Below are positions 10,923-20,954 of a DNA stretch of 64,000 nt, piece after piece. The first letter of the stretch is position 1; the number at the start of each line of letters is the position of its first letter. The stretch comes from Oligoflexales bacterium. GTDB taxonomy: Bacteria > Bdellovibrionota_B > Oligoflexia > Oligoflexales > Bog-1112. The translations under genes were made by a program, and so were the position numbers. The notes under the pieces were generated by a model. It was not told the DNA's origin, searched no databases, and was given only the letters and a program-made list of their open reading frames with translations. The stretch is taken from the NCBI GenBank assembly GCA_045105515.1, contig JBGCDR010000045.1:11720-75719 (forward strand). Direction: 5' to 3'.

Positions 10923-11882
10923 ATGCAAGAAAAGAAATCTCTGAATTTTAAGCTAGAGCAAACATTACTCCGTGCAAATGAAAAAATAGTTGATCAAGAT
11001 TTTCTGCGCACAAGTTTCTTTATACTTCCATGCAACGATGGGGAAGCAAAGCGTTCCTGTGACATCCTGCTGGGCTTAAAAGCTCCGTTTATTCATATAA
11101 GTCGGCAAAGTTGGGGGGCTACCCTAGATAAAGAGTGGTCCAAGATTTCATGGAACCACCCAAACAGCATTAAAAGGGTGCTTATTTTCGAAATGCCAGG
11201 CCAGAGAAGTGTAGGTTCTGAGATTGAGCTTGAGAGCAACATTGAAAATATGGGGCTAGAGCTAAAAATTATAGACCATCATTATTATCGATGGGTTAAT
11301 CGTTATCAGCAAAAAAGTTCTCTAGAACAGTTGTGTGAAAGTATAAATTGGCCACTTGATTGGACAGACAAGGCAATTGCAGTAAATGATCGTTCTTACA
11401 TTCCTGGGATGAAGCAGCTTGGTTTAAGCCAAGATGAAATTATTCAGGTTAGAACATACGACCTCAAGGCTCAGGGATTCAAACCAGATTACATAGCAGG
11501 GCAGATGGCAAAGGCTCCGGAAGTCATTGAACAGTTGCAAAATCAAAAGCGTGGAGACCTTTGGGTTCTGCAAGGAGCTCCCCTTGAACGTATTTTTATA
11601 TTGCAGGAGCTTGCACTCCAGAGCCCGTCAGGTTTGAGCCATGTTTTGGAAATAGGGCCTAAAAAATTGAGTTTCTCTGGATCACCTCAGGTTGTTAACT
11701 GCCTCCTTGGACTTGATTACACAAAGTTTGGGTTTGCAAAGGGCTATACCTGTTATGGAGGTGGAGATGATAGCTTTTCAAAATTTTGGGGGTTTAGACC
11801 ACGCTATTCGCACGAGTCGATCAGAAAAAATTTCGTAGAAGAAATGCTTTTACACATTGGCAATGAAATTAAGGTAACTTGA
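10923..11882 (+). CDS. DHH-superfamily phosphodiesterase, NrN-like
   Basis: NDGE, FE, IIDHH, SSLEQ, AVNDRSYIPGM, DLKAQG and YGGG motifs in the order recalled for NrN proteins. Confidence 0.6.
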   Translation: MQEKKSLNFKLEQTLLRANEKIVDQDFLRTSFFILPCNDGEAKRSCDILLGLKAPFIHISRQSWGATLDKEWSKISWNHPNSIKRVLIFEMPGQRSVGSEIELESNIENMGLELKIIDHHYYRWVNRYQQKSSLEQLCESINWPLDWTDKAIAVNDRSYIPGMKQLGLSQDEIIQVRTYDLKAQGFKPDYIAGQMAKAPEVIEQLQNQKRGDLWVLQGAPLERIFILQELALQSPSGLSHVLEIGPKKLSFSGSPQVVNCLLGLDYTKFGFAKGYTCYGGGDDSFSKFWGFRPRYSHESIRKNFVEEMLLHIGNEIKVT

Positions 11883-11901
11883 ACCTAAACTAGGAGGGCT
11901 T

Positions 11902-13224
11902 ATGGATGAAATAGCATTGTTTAAAGAACACCTGAGGGAACGAGTCGCAAGTTGTGGTGAGGCTCTCGAAGAGCTCCTAATACCTGGGGTCGTTATCAGT
12001 GCGGGAATACCCTTTACCTACTTTGCAGATGACCAAGATGCACCGTTTGTCACAAATCCACATTTTTCTCATTGGTGCCCACAGCAAGGGCCTTATCATC
12101 TACTAATATTTTCGCCTAACAAGAAACCAAAGCTACTACGACACGCTCCAAAGGACTTTTGGTATGACCATAGCCCAAGTCTTGAAACCTTTTGGCAGTC
12201 AGAGTTTGAAATTGAAGAGTTTAATTCCAAGGACGAAATATGGGATCAGCTTGCTCACCATAAGGGCTTTGCATTCATTGGTCCAGAGGCAGAAAAAGCT
12301 CAAGAAAAGAATTTAAAGCCCAATCCGAAAGCTTTCGTTGCCCGCATGGACTGGCTAAGAGGACTTAAAAGTGATTATGAACTTAGCAATATATCTATCG
12401 CAAATAAGATGGCAGCTAAGGCTCATGGGGCTGCGCGCCAAGCGTTTGCAGATGGGGGCTCGGAGCTTCAAGTCCAACAGGCATATATGCAAGAGCTTGG
12501 CTGTCAAGAATGTGAACTCCCCTATCATAATATTGTAGGCCTCAATGAAAAAGCCGCTGTGCTACATTATCAGTTCAAACGCAAAGATTCTAAAGGACAA
12601 GTCCTCTTGATCGATGCCGGTGCGAGGTATCTAGGTTATGCCTCTGATATTACAAGGACTTATGCGCTTCAAGTGGTTCCTGGGCCCTTCAAGGATCTCT
12701 TAAAGGGCATGGAGCAACTGCAGCAAGAGCTTTGTGGATTGATTTTACCTAATGTTTCTTATCTGCATCTCCATGAGCAGGCGCATATTAAGATATCTGA
12801 ACTCTTGATTAAAACCGGTCTTGTCAAGGACATGCAGGTTGATGAATTAATTACTACAGGAATTAGTAAAGCATTTTTCCCCCATGGTTTAGGTCATATG
12901 CTTGGATTACAAGTCCATGATGTTTCAGGGCTCCAAAAAAATGCAGAAGGCGATCCGTGTGATCCAAGTTCCCGCTTTCCAACGCTACGTGCAGCTAGAG
13001 ATCTGCGTGCAAGGGAAGTTATCACTGTCGAGCCTGGATTATACTTTATCCCAATGCTTTTGAACCCTCTAAGGGAAGATAAGCGGGCTGCTAATCTTAA
13101 TTGGAAGATGATTGATGCGCTAATTCCTTACGGAGGGATTCGCATAGAGGATAATATTTTCATCCAAGAAGGTTCCCCAAAAAATATAACCCGCGAATTC
13201 TTAGGTAATGATTTTCTGATATAG
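11902..13224 (+). CDS. pepQ: Xaa-Pro dipeptidase (prolidase, M24B)
   Basis: NPHFSHW, AAVLHY, LIDAGA, YASDITRT, PHGLGHMLGLQVHDV, TVEPGLYF and GGIRIEDN. Confidence 0.93.
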   Translation: MDEIALFKEHLRERVASCGEALEELLIPGVVISAGIPFTYFADDQDAPFVTNPHFSHWCPQQGPYHLLIFSPNKKPKLLRHAPKDFWYDHSPSLETFWQSEFEIEEFNSKDEIWDQLAHHKGFAFIGPEAEKAQEKNLKPNPKAFVARMDWLRGLKSDYELSNISIANKMAAKAHGAARQAFADGGSELQVQQAYMQELGCQECELPYHNIVGLNEKAAVLHYQFKRKDSKGQVLLIDAGARYLGYASDITRTYALQVVPGPFKDLLKGMEQLQQELCGLILPNVSYLHLHEQAHIKISELLIKTGLVKDMQVDELITTGISKAFFPHGLGHMLGLQVHDVSGLQKNAEGDPCDPSSRFPTLRAARDLRAREVITVEPGLYFIPMLLNPLREDKRAANLNWKMIDALIPYGGIRIEDNIFIQEGSPKNITREFLGNDFLI

Positions 13225-13225
13225 C

Positions 13226-13242
13226 TAGGAAATAATTTCCTA
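13226..13242. repeat. Short inverted repeat between pepQ and fliM
   Basis: TAGGAAAT-A-ATTTCCTA (8-bp arms); could be an operator, function unknown. Confidence 0.35.
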
Positions 13243-13331
13243 TGTCACCTTGTGCCTATTGTTCTGAGCAGATTTTCCCTAGAAAATAGTGAATGGGTTA
13301 ACTTCTTAGAACATAGAAATGAGGTTTTGCG

Positions 13332-14312
13332 TTGAATCAGGTTCTTTCACAAAGCGAAGTTGATGCGCTACTTTCAGCAGTATCAGATAATAAAGTTGAT
13401 GTGGATGACGGTCTCGGTGGTGGTGAAGATCTTGGAGGAGTTGTCCAATATGATCTTGCCAATCAAGATAGAATTATCAGAGGCCGACTTCCTACCTTGG
13501 ATATTATCCATGATCGATTTATACGTTTATTTCGGGTAACTTTATCAAATGGCCTTCGGAAAATGGCAAACCTTAGTGTCAACTCGACGGGGCCTCTCAA
13601 ATTTTCAGAATTTATGAACTCGCTCCCTCTGCCTTCTTGCCTTAACATCCTCAGGCTTGATCCACTCAGGGGTGCAGCAATTATGGTAATCGAATCGAAA
13701 TTACTATATGCCCTCGTAGATAGTTTTTTCGGAGGAAACGACGTTCCCTATACGAAAATTGAGGGAAAAGACTTTACTCAGATCGAGATTAAGATTGCTC
13801 GCAAGGTAGTTCTCTCTGCATTGGATGACCTTGAAAAAGCATGGGAACCAGTTTACCCTTTGAAGATTGGCTATTCCAGAACTGAAATCAATCCTCAGTT
13901 TGTGGCAGTTGTTCCTCCCTCAGATGTAGTGATAGCAACTACCTTTGATGTGGAACTGGAAAAAGTCTCAGGAACCATAAAAATAGTTATACCTTACGCC
14001 ACGCTGGAGCCAATTAAATCAAAACTATCAGTGGGATTCCAAAGTGAGCAGTTAGAGGTGGATCATATTTGGATTAACAGGATCAAGGAGCAAATAATGA
14101 TCACCACGGTCAACCTGTTAGTCAAACTTGGGGAAGCTAATATTGATGTCAACGACCTAATAAACTTAGGAATCGGAGATATTATTCAGCTCGATCATGA
14201 TGCAACGACAGCTTTAGAGGTCTTGGTTGAAGGTTGTGCAAAGTTCCGTTGCATTCCCGGAGTTCTAAAAGGGCAAAGAGCTGTTAAAATCATGGAGTCC
14301 CTATCTGATTGA
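13332..14312 (+). CDS. fliM: Flagellar motor switch protein FliM
   Basis: CheY-binding LSQSEVDALL, FFGG, RTEINPQF, IPYATLEPI and a C-terminal SpoA domain; TTG start after GAGG. Confidence 0.96.
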   Translation: MNQVLSQSEVDALLSAVSDNKVDVDDGLGGGEDLGGVVQYDLANQDRIIRGRLPTLDIIHDRFIRLFRVTLSNGLRKMANLSVNSTGPLKFSEFMNSLPLPSCLNILRLDPLRGAAIMVIESKLLYALVDSFFGGNDVPYTKIEGKDFTQIEIKIARKVVLSALDDLEKAWEPVYPLKIGYSRTEINPQFVAVVPPSDVVIATTFDVELEKVSGTIKIVIPYATLEPIKSKLSVGFQSEQLEVDHIWINRIKEQIMITTVNLLVKLGEANIDVNDLINLGIGDIIQLDHDATTALEVLVEGCAKFRCIPGVLKGQRAVKIMESLSD

Positions 14313-14403
14313 ACCTTCCTGCAATATAATTTCTGAAAAATGTTTATAGAATCATCTAATTGATTTGTGGCATATTAGCCCCTTACAACAGTGACGTTAA
14401 GGG

Positions 14404-15894
14404 GTGAAGTGTATGACTGGTATGAATACAGAAAAGGTTTTTAGACAAGGTTTAACTTACGATGATGTTTTAATAGTTCCAGCTCACTCTCAGGTGCTTC
14501 CGCAAGAAACCAATCTTAGAAGCCGTTTTTCAAGAAATATTTTCTTAAACGTTCCTTTAGTTTCAGCTGCCATGGATACGGTAACTGAAGCTAGGGCTGC
14601 GATTGTTATGGCCCGTGAAGGGGGTATCGGAGTTGTCCATAAAAACATGGGCCTAGAAAACCAGGCTGCCGAGGTAAAAGCTGTTAAAAAGTCGGAAAGT
14701 GGCATGATCACTGATCCTATTTGTGTTGAGCCAACTCAAACCGTAGGTGATGTTCTAGCTTTAATGGGTCATCATAATATATCGGGCTTGCCTGTTCTCG
14801 ATCAAAATCGCTTGGTGGGAATTGTGACGGGAAGGGATATAAGCTTTGAGATTAACCTGACTAAGTCAGTGAAAGATGTGATGACGAAGGAAGTTGTAAC
14901 CGCTGTCGAAGGCACTTCCTTAGAGGAAGCTGTAGAAATCCTACACAAACATCGTATTGAAAAATTGCCAGTTTTGGCTCGTGGTAGTCAGTCTTTGGTA
15001 GGAATGTTTACCATAAAAGATATTGAAAAGGCTAGACGCCACCCTTTTGCCTCTAAGGACTCAAAGGGACGATTGATGGTTGCAGCAGCAGTTGGCGCAC
15101 GTGGGGACTATCTCGAGAGAACTGAAGCGCTCCTTGCAGAGGGGGTCGATGCACTTGTTGTCGATACAGCTCATGGTCATAGCCAATTGGTCTTGGATGC
15201 TGTTAAAAAAATCAAACAAAATTTTAAATCCCAAACTTTTGATTTACTTGGTGGCAATATTGCCACAGCTGATGCCTGTCAGGCTCTGGTTGAGGCTGGA
15301 GCAGATGGAGTTAAAGTAGGAATTGGGCCTGGAAGCATTTGTACGACTCGTATTGTGGCTGGGATTGGAGTTCCACAATTTACAGCTGTTCTTGATTGTG
15401 CAAGGGCAGGTAAGAGGCTTGGGATTCCAGTGATCGCAGACGGGGGCATCAAGTATTCAGGTGATGTTGTAAAAGCTCTGGCAGCTGGAGCTTCAGCAGT
15501 GATGATCGGTAGCTTATTTGCTGGTACCGATGAAACCCCTGGTGAAATGGTGATTTATCAAGGAAAAAGTTATAAAACTTATCGAGGTATGGGAAGTATA
15601 GGAGCTATGGTAGGGGGCAGTAAGGATCGTTACTTTCAATCAGAAGTCGACGAGCAGGGAAAGCTGGTACCAGAAGGAATAGAAGGTCGAGTTCCCTATA
15701 AAGGCCCTTTAAGTCAAAGCATATTTCAAATGGTAGGTGGTATTCGTGCAGCTATGGGATATATAGGTGCAGAGCATGTTGAGTCGCTACAGGAAAAAGC
15801 GGAATTTATGAGAATCTCTCCTTCTGGCCTAAGGGAAAGTCACGCCCACGATGTGTTTATTACTAGAGAAGCTCCCAACTATAAAATGGACTAA
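14404..15894 (+). CDS. guaB: IMP dehydrogenase with a CBS pair
   Basis: [48 protein letters not shown] and PEGIEG. The start may be the ATG at 14413 or 14422. Confidence 0.98.
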   Translation: MKCMTGMNTEKVFRQGLTYDDVLIVPAHSQVLPQETNLRSRFSRNIFLNVPLVSAAMDTVTEARAAIVMAREGGIGVVHKNMGLENQAAEVKAVKKSESGMITDPICVEPTQTVGDVLALMGHHNISGLPVLDQNRLVGIVTGRDISFEINLTKSVKDVMTKEVVTAVEGTSLEEAVEILHKHRIEKLPVLARGSQSLVGMFTIKDIEKARRHPFASKDSKGRLMVAAAVGARGDYLERTEALLAEGVDALVVDTAHGHSQLVLDAVKKIKQNFKSQTFDLLGGNIATADACQALVEAGADGVKVGIGPGSICTTRIVAGIGVPQFTAVLDCARAGKRLGIPVIADGGIKYSGDVVKALAAGASAVMIGSLFAGTDETPGEMVIYQGKSYKTYRGMGSIGAMVGGSKDRYFQSEVDEQGKLVPEGIEGRVPYKGPLSQSIFQMVGGIRAAMGYIGAEHVESLQEKAEFMRISPSGLRESHAHDVFITREAPNYKMD

Positions 15895-15944
15895 TTTTTC
15901 CGAACGATCATGTTGTAAGACAAACAGAGTTCAGGAGTCTTAAA

Positions 15945-17513
15945 TTGACATATATTAAAGGTAGCAGACCTTCCGACCATGGAATCTTAATTTGTGATTA
16001 TGGTTCTCAATATACCCTACTTATTGCTCGTAAGCTTCGCGAGATTGGAGTCTACGCTGAAGTGATAGATGGTATTAGTGAAGAGACACCCCATGATTTT
16101 GAGTGTATTGGCATCATCCTATCTGGAGGGCCTGATAGCGTCATGGAAAGTGAAGCTAGATTGTTACCAGAATGGGTATTAAAAAGTGAAAAACCGGTGT
16201 TAGGAATTTGTTATGGTATGCAGCTCCTAGTAAACGCTCTTGGTGGAAAAGTTAGACTTGGCAAAAAAAGAGAGTATGGGAAGGCACACATCCATGCCAC
16301 AGGCCAGTTTGGTAAAGAAGAACTGTTAGCGAGCCTTCCAGCGCGACAGACAGTTTGGATGAGTCATGGGGATGATGTGGAGTTGCTTCCTGAAGGTTTT
16401 GCAGCTTTTGCTTATACGGAAGATGAAGTTGTATGCGGCATTGCTCATGAAGAGATGCCTTATCTGGGCCTCCAGTTTCATCCAGAAGTGCTGCATACTG
16501 AGCATGGTAGTGGTATTTTAAAAAACTTCGTTCAGAACCTGTGCCATTATCCTTGTGACTGGAATGCTCCTTGCATGATTTCAGGCTTAAGTAAGCAGAT
16601 CTGTGATACTGTTCAAGATGGAAAAGTATTGCTTGCGGTATCTGGGGGTGTGGATTCTTCCGTTGCTGCTTTGTTACTAACTAAAGCTCTTAAGGTTGAT
16701 CAGGTTGTTTGTGTTTTAGTAGACCATGGTTTGATGCGAAAAAATGAGGTTATCCAGGTCTCGGAAAGCCTCCGAAAATTAGGCTTGAAGCTTGAAGTCT
16801 TGGAATGTTCGGAGCTTTATTTCAATGCTTTGGCTGGTGTAACAGATCCAGAAGAAAAAAGGAAAATTATAGGAAAGTTGTTTATTGAGGTTTTTGAGGG
16901 GTTTGCGAAAAAAGGAGAGGGTTATACTCATCTAGGACAAGGAACCTTGTATTCAGATGTAATAGAATCTGCAGGGCACGGATCTGGTGCAAAAGTAATA
17001 AAAAGTCATCACAATGTTGGTGGACTGCCTGAACGCTTGCACTTGCATCTTGTGGAGCCATTTCGTTTTTTATTTAAGGATGAAGTTCGAGTCTTAGGAA
17101 AAGCTTTAGGCCTCCCCGAGGTCCTGCTTAACCGTCACCCTTTTCCTGGTCCGGGCTTAGGGATTCGTATTCCCGGGGAAGTGACACAAGAGAAGGCCAG
17201 TGTTTTGCAGCTAGCAGATGAAATATTTGTTGATTGCCTTCATGACGAAGGTTATTACGACAAGGTTTGGCAAGCTGCAACGATCCTCCTCCCGGTTAAG
17301 TCCGTTGGGGTCATGGGTGACAATAGAACCTATCAGTGGACTTGTGTTTTACGGGCTGTGACTGGCACCGACGCCATGACAGCAAAGCCGGCAGAATTGC
17401 CGCTTAGCTTCCTTGAAATGGTAGCTAGCAAGATTGTCGGGCAGGTAAATGGAATTAATCGGGTCTTGTATGATGTGACTAGTAAGCCCCCAGCGACGAT
17501 TGAATGGGAATAA
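15945..17513 (+). CDS. guaA: GMP synthase (glutamine-hydrolysing)
   Basis: DYGSQY, GICYGMQ, QFHPEV, SGGVDS, IKSHHNVGG, HPFPGPGL and KPPATIEWE. Confidence 0.98.
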   Translation: MTYIKGSRPSDHGILICDYGSQYTLLIARKLREIGVYAEVIDGISEETPHDFECIGIILSGGPDSVMESEARLLPEWVLKSEKPVLGICYGMQLLVNALGGKVRLGKKREYGKAHIHATGQFGKEELLASLPARQTVWMSHGDDVELLPEGFAAFAYTEDEVVCGIAHEEMPYLGLQFHPEVLHTEHGSGILKNFVQNLCHYPCDWNAPCMISGLSKQICDTVQDGKVLLAVSGGVDSSVAALLLTKALKVDQVVCVLVDHGLMRKNEVIQVSESLRKLGLKLEVLECSELYFNALAGVTDPEEKRKIIGKLFIEVFEGFAKKGEGYTHLGQGTLYSDVIESAGHGSGAKVIKSHHNVGGLPERLHLHLVEPFRFLFKDEVRVLGKALGLPEVLLNRHPFPGPGLGIRIPGEVTQEKASVLQLADEIFVDCLHDEGYYDKVWQAATILLPVKSVGVMGDNRTYQWTCVLRAVTGTDAMTAKPAELPLSFLEMVASKIVGQVNGINRVLYDVTSKPPATIEWE

Positions 17514-17595
17514 TATAATTATCTGAAATTAGTGTTTTTTTGTCGAATTAGAACCCTCCAAGTTATTATTTTTCCCCTGCTTTTTGCTTATCCAT

Positions 17596-17623
17596 TAAAG
17601 ATAATAGGAAAAATTGCCGAATA
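17596..17623 (+). promoter_or_regulatory. Putative sigma28-type promoter
   Basis: TAAA-N16-GCCGAATA directly upstream of a structured leader. Confidence 0.5.
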
Positions 17624-17635
17624 TATAATTAATGT

Positions 17636-17745
17636 ATGGGGGTAATTACCCATCTTCACCAAGCCTCCTCCGAAAAGGGGAAGGCAAGTACTTTCTCAAG
17701 GGAGAGGAGTGCGAAACCTTATCCTGAGAGACAAGGTGGGATTCA
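17636..17745 (+). ncRNA. Candidate structured RNA or 5' leader (multi-hairpin), family unassigned
   Basis: GC-richer patch in an AT-rich spacer with consecutive hairpins ATGGG/CCCAT, GCCTCCTCC/GGGGAAGGC, GTACTTTCTC/GAGAGGAGTGC and CCTTATC/GACAAGG. Confidence 0.4.
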
Positions 17746-17759
17746 TTCAAGGAAGGATC

Positions 17760-17975
17760 ATGAACAATCCACAACAGGCAAACAAAACCAATTCGAATCA
17801 GATCATGGAAGATGATTTCTATATTACAAAATCGAGTAAGCCTATTGCACTAAGTGGAAATGATGTGCATAGAGCTTTTCTCTACGCTAAACAGTCCAAA
17901 ACCCATGATGCTGAATTCAATGAATATCTGACAGTGATGGGTGAACATGCAAAAAAGTTTAACTTGGAAAGATAG
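17760..17975 (+). CDS. Small protein, possible truncated DUF1778/TacA-like antitoxin
   Basis: ATG at 17760 after AGGAAGGA; PIALSGNDVHRAF resembles the C-terminal I-x-LS segment of DUF1778 proteins; overlaps the downstream GNAT gene. Confidence 0.4.
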   Translation: MNNPQQANKTNSNQIMEDDFYITKSSKPIALSGNDVHRAFLYAKQSKTHDAEFNEYLTVMGEHAKKFNLER

Positions 17976-18480
17976 CTTTGATGTAGTCTCACCGACTGAT
18001 TATCAAACGCTATCAGATTTAAACTTCAGATCTCCTTTCCTAGATTATCAGGATTATTTCAAGAATAAACTGATAAACTGTCGAAATACCAACAGGCAAA
18101 TTAGTGCAATTGTAAGATTCAACCAAAGCCAAATCTGTGGTTATTTTACTATCAAACTCATAGATTTACCTCAAATTTCCCTTGGTGAGAACTTTCCTTT
18201 GGCACTGCCTCTTAAGGTATGGAATATTGAACGTCTTTGTAAGAATTCAAATCTTATAATTCCGGCTATTGATCAAATGGGTAAATTATTGCTCGCTCTT
18301 GCAATAAGGGCCATGATCGAAACCCAAAAGACTAATGTTGTTGTTATAAACCCGGTGAAATTTTCTGCTGAAACCTTGAATAGTTTTAAATCCCTGGGAT
18401 TTCGCAGTTTGGGGAACAAAAACCTGCTTTTTTATAAACTTCCATTTTCGGTTGCGCCGGAGAAGATACGTGAGAATTAA
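17941..18480 (+). CDS. Divergent GNAT-fold protein, TacT/AtaT toxin-like
   Basis: ICGYFTI, WNIERL, MGKLLLALAI, VVVINP, FKSLGF and LFYKL follow the layout of GNAT toxins. Confidence 0.55.
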   Translation: MNMQKSLTWKDSFDVVSPTDYQTLSDLNFRSPFLDYQDYFKNKLINCRNTNRQISAIVRFNQSQICGYFTIKLIDLPQISLGENFPLALPLKVWNIERLCKNSNLIIPAIDQMGKLLLALAIRAMIETQKTNVVVINPVKFSAETLNSFKSLGFRSLGNKNLLFYKLPFSVAPEKIREN

Positions 18481-18623
18481 TTTAAGAATTCAAGCTTGTA
18501 TAAGCATAGTTGGTGCTTAGCATTTTTTACCTGTTAGCAAGAGTTATTTTATTCATCAATTTTTGTTATAATCCAATCTGGCACGTTTTAATTTTAGTAT
18601 TGCTTCGATAAAGTGGAAGCTAT

Positions 18624-20789
18624 ATGGCTGTAAGCATAAAAGATCGATCTGCAAGTATTATCGTGATAGAAAGCTTTTCAGCAATTAGGCAGACTATTAC
18701 CGATCAACTAAAATCCCTGGGTTTCAAAAATATAAATGGTGTCAGCAATACCAAAGATGCGATAGGGATTTTGGAAGTCGAAAAAGTAGACTGGATAATT
18801 TGCTCAAGTAATCTTGAGAGTCCAGAAAACAACATCCAGCTGCTATCGCTCATTTCATCTCGTATGGTCTTGAAGCATATTCGCATGACAATGTTTTTGG
18901 AAGAAGAAGAGCTAGGTTTGGTTCCCATCCTATATGAGAAAGGGCTTCTTAGTCATATCATGAAGCCACTCAATAAAACTGTCATTGAAGAAGGACTTAA
19001 TAAATTTGTTGAGCATTTTGAAAAGAATGCATGGAACGATGTAAAATTATCTGCTCATAATCTCAGGTCCTACTTGGATGAGAAAAAAAAGTATCGATCT
19101 TTAATTCACCTTGAACGGGGGTTACTAAGTCTGTATCCAGGAGAATGTGAGTATTTATTAAATTTAGCTAATCCACTCTTCAAGGAAGGAGAAACTGACA
19201 GCGCCAAGAATGTCTTGAAGCAAGTGCTTATGATAGACTCAGGGATGGCGGAACAGGCGGAAGAGCTTGCAAAATCACTGTTCGGTCAGGACTTTGATTT
19301 GAAAAAGGAAAACGAACAGAGTGAAAACGTTAACATCCTTGGAGTAGAGCACTGTCTTATCATAGACTCAGATGATGCGGCGAGAAAGGAAATTCGTGAT
19401 GTCTTCGAGGATTTTGGAGTCACTAAGATAAGTGAGTATGACAATGGTGATGATGCCTGGGTTTCGCTCAATGCTAATTCAGAACCGAGTTTGATTATCC
19501 AAGAATGGCGCATTCCCAAGGTGAGTGGCCCTATCATGATACAAAGAATTAGAGGTAAATTCCCATCTGTACCAATCGTAATTTTAAGTTCTTTGGTTAG
19601 CGATGATGATAAGCCACTGATTCAAGAGATGGGTGTTGAAACTGTGCATGAAAAACCACTACAGAGGGATGTATTTAAGAAGAGCTTGATATATCTGGTT
19701 CAACAGGAACGTCTTCCAGCTAATGCAAGTGTGCTCGAACGCAAGATTAGGCAATTTTTAAAATCTGGAAAAATTAAAGAAGCAATGGCTATTAAGGATC
19801 AGTTTGTCAATAATTCTGAAATTCCGGAAGTGCATAAGAAAAGCATCAATGCTGAATTTTGTTATCACAATGGTAACTATGTCGAAGCTAGAAATCTAGC
19901 TATTGAGGCAATAAAATCCGATCCAAATTCGATCTATTTACTCAACTTTATTGGCAAGTGTTTGATGCAACTTGAAGACCATAAAGCAGCAGTGATGTGT
20001 TTTAAAAAGGCTCAGGTTTTATCTCCAAAGAATATAGAAAGACTCTGTGATATTGCCAAGGCAAGTTATGAAGCAGGAGATACCGAAACATGTGAAAAAG
20101 CTTTGGCTCAAGGCAAAGCTATTGACCGGGAAAATGAAGGCTTAAAAGTGACGGAAGCACCTATTCGAATAGATCTGGGTCCACAGTCTGATGCCAAGGA
20201 TATTTTAGCCGAGATGGAATCGATCCAGGAGCTGGTGTCTTATATGAATAATAAAGCTGTCGCTCTGACTAAGAGTGGCATGATTAAAGAGGGGATTGAA
20301 CTCTATCACAAGACTATCGCCTCGATGCCTGATAACAAGAAGGACACCAAATTCTTGGTGATGTATAATCTAGGACTAGCATTGGCAAAGCATGGAGATC
20401 TGAAAGGAGCAAAGGCTCAGCTAGAAAGTATTTTATCTGAAAGTCCTAAAAAAATTGAGCGTAAATGTCATTCACTAAAGCTTAGGATTGAAAAAAGCTT
20501 AGATACCGGGTCTAAATTGGAATTTATAACTGCAGAAAAAAAAGAAGCTCCTTCTGCGGATGGTGGGAAAACTGCAGCAAAAGAAGGAGAAATAGAGGAT
20601 AGTGTTGCTGTTATTGGTTATATTCAATCAAACCCTGGTGAGATATGTTGTTATAAAGTATTTATAAACCCTGAAGAAATTGATGATAAATGGAAGTCTA
20701 TTAAAGATCAAATCCCACACTTTAAACCGAGAAAAGCTATCGAACGCGAAGAAGCAGCGGGACTAGAAAAGGTTATGAGGGCTGGCTAG
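18624..20789 (+). CDS. Pseudo-receiver/TPR signalling protein (paralog A)
   Basis: Two receiver-fold segments (IIVIES...HIMKP and LIIDSD...QEWRIPK...HEKP) plus TPR repeats; similar end to end to 28665-30875. Confidence 0.8.
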   Translation: MAVSIKDRSASIIVIESFSAIRQTITDQLKSLGFKNINGVSNTKDAIGILEVEKVDWIICSSNLESPENNIQLLSLISSRMVLKHIRMTMFLEEEELGLVPILYEKGLLSHIMKPLNKTVIEEGLNKFVEHFEKNAWNDVKLSAHNLRSYLDEKKKYRSLIHLERGLLSLYPGECEYLLNLANPLFKEGETDSAKNVLKQVLMIDSGMAEQAEELAKSLFGQDFDLKKENEQSENVNILGVEHCLIIDSDDAARKEIRDVFEDFGVTKISEYDNGDDAWVSLNANSEPSLIIQEWRIPKVSGPIMIQRIRGKFPSVPIVILSSLVSDDDKPLIQEMGVETVHEKPLQRDVFKKSLIYLVQQERLPANASVLERKIRQFLKSGKIKEAMAIKDQFVNNSEIPEVHKKSINAEFCYHNGNYVEARNLAIEAIKSDPNSIYLLNFIGKCLMQLEDHKAAVMCFKKAQVLSPKNIERLCDIAKASYEAGDTETCEKALAQGKAIDRENEGLKVTEAPIRIDLGPQSDAKDILAEMESIQELVSYMNNKAVALTKSGMIKEGIELYHKTIASMPDNKKDTKFLVMYNLGLALAKHGDLKGAKAQLESILSESPKKIERKCHSLKLRIEKSLDTGSKLEFITAEKKEAPSADGGKTAAKEGEIEDSVAVIGYIQSNPGEICCYKVFINPEEIDDKWKSIKDQIPHFKPRKAIEREEAAGLEKVMRAG

Positions 20790-20954
20790 ATACATTTTCC
20801 TCATCCTGGGTAGCGTTCTTCTGTTCTCATTTTAAAATTTCATAAAAATCTTGCACAGGTGGAGGCCTTGCCAAAAGCCAGGCTCTACTTTTTAGCAAAA
20901 AGCAGCTATAGTGAGGCCGTTTTCTTAGGCTTCCAATAAGGTGCAAGGAAGAAT

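Noticed and set aside
17660..17745. SAM-I or glycine riboswitch (CTTATCCTGAGAG and CCGAA...CTCAAGG fragments)
   Set aside because: The remaining conserved cores are absent and the downstream genes are unrelated; kept only as an unassigned structured RNA.
18578..18596. Sigma54 promoter (CTGGCACG) upstream of the REC/TPR gene
   Set aside because: The -12 TTGC element is missing at the required spacing.
17514..18620. Genomic island integrated at the guaA 3' end, a known hotspot
   Set aside because: No integrase, no duplicated guaA end and no mobile genes were seen.
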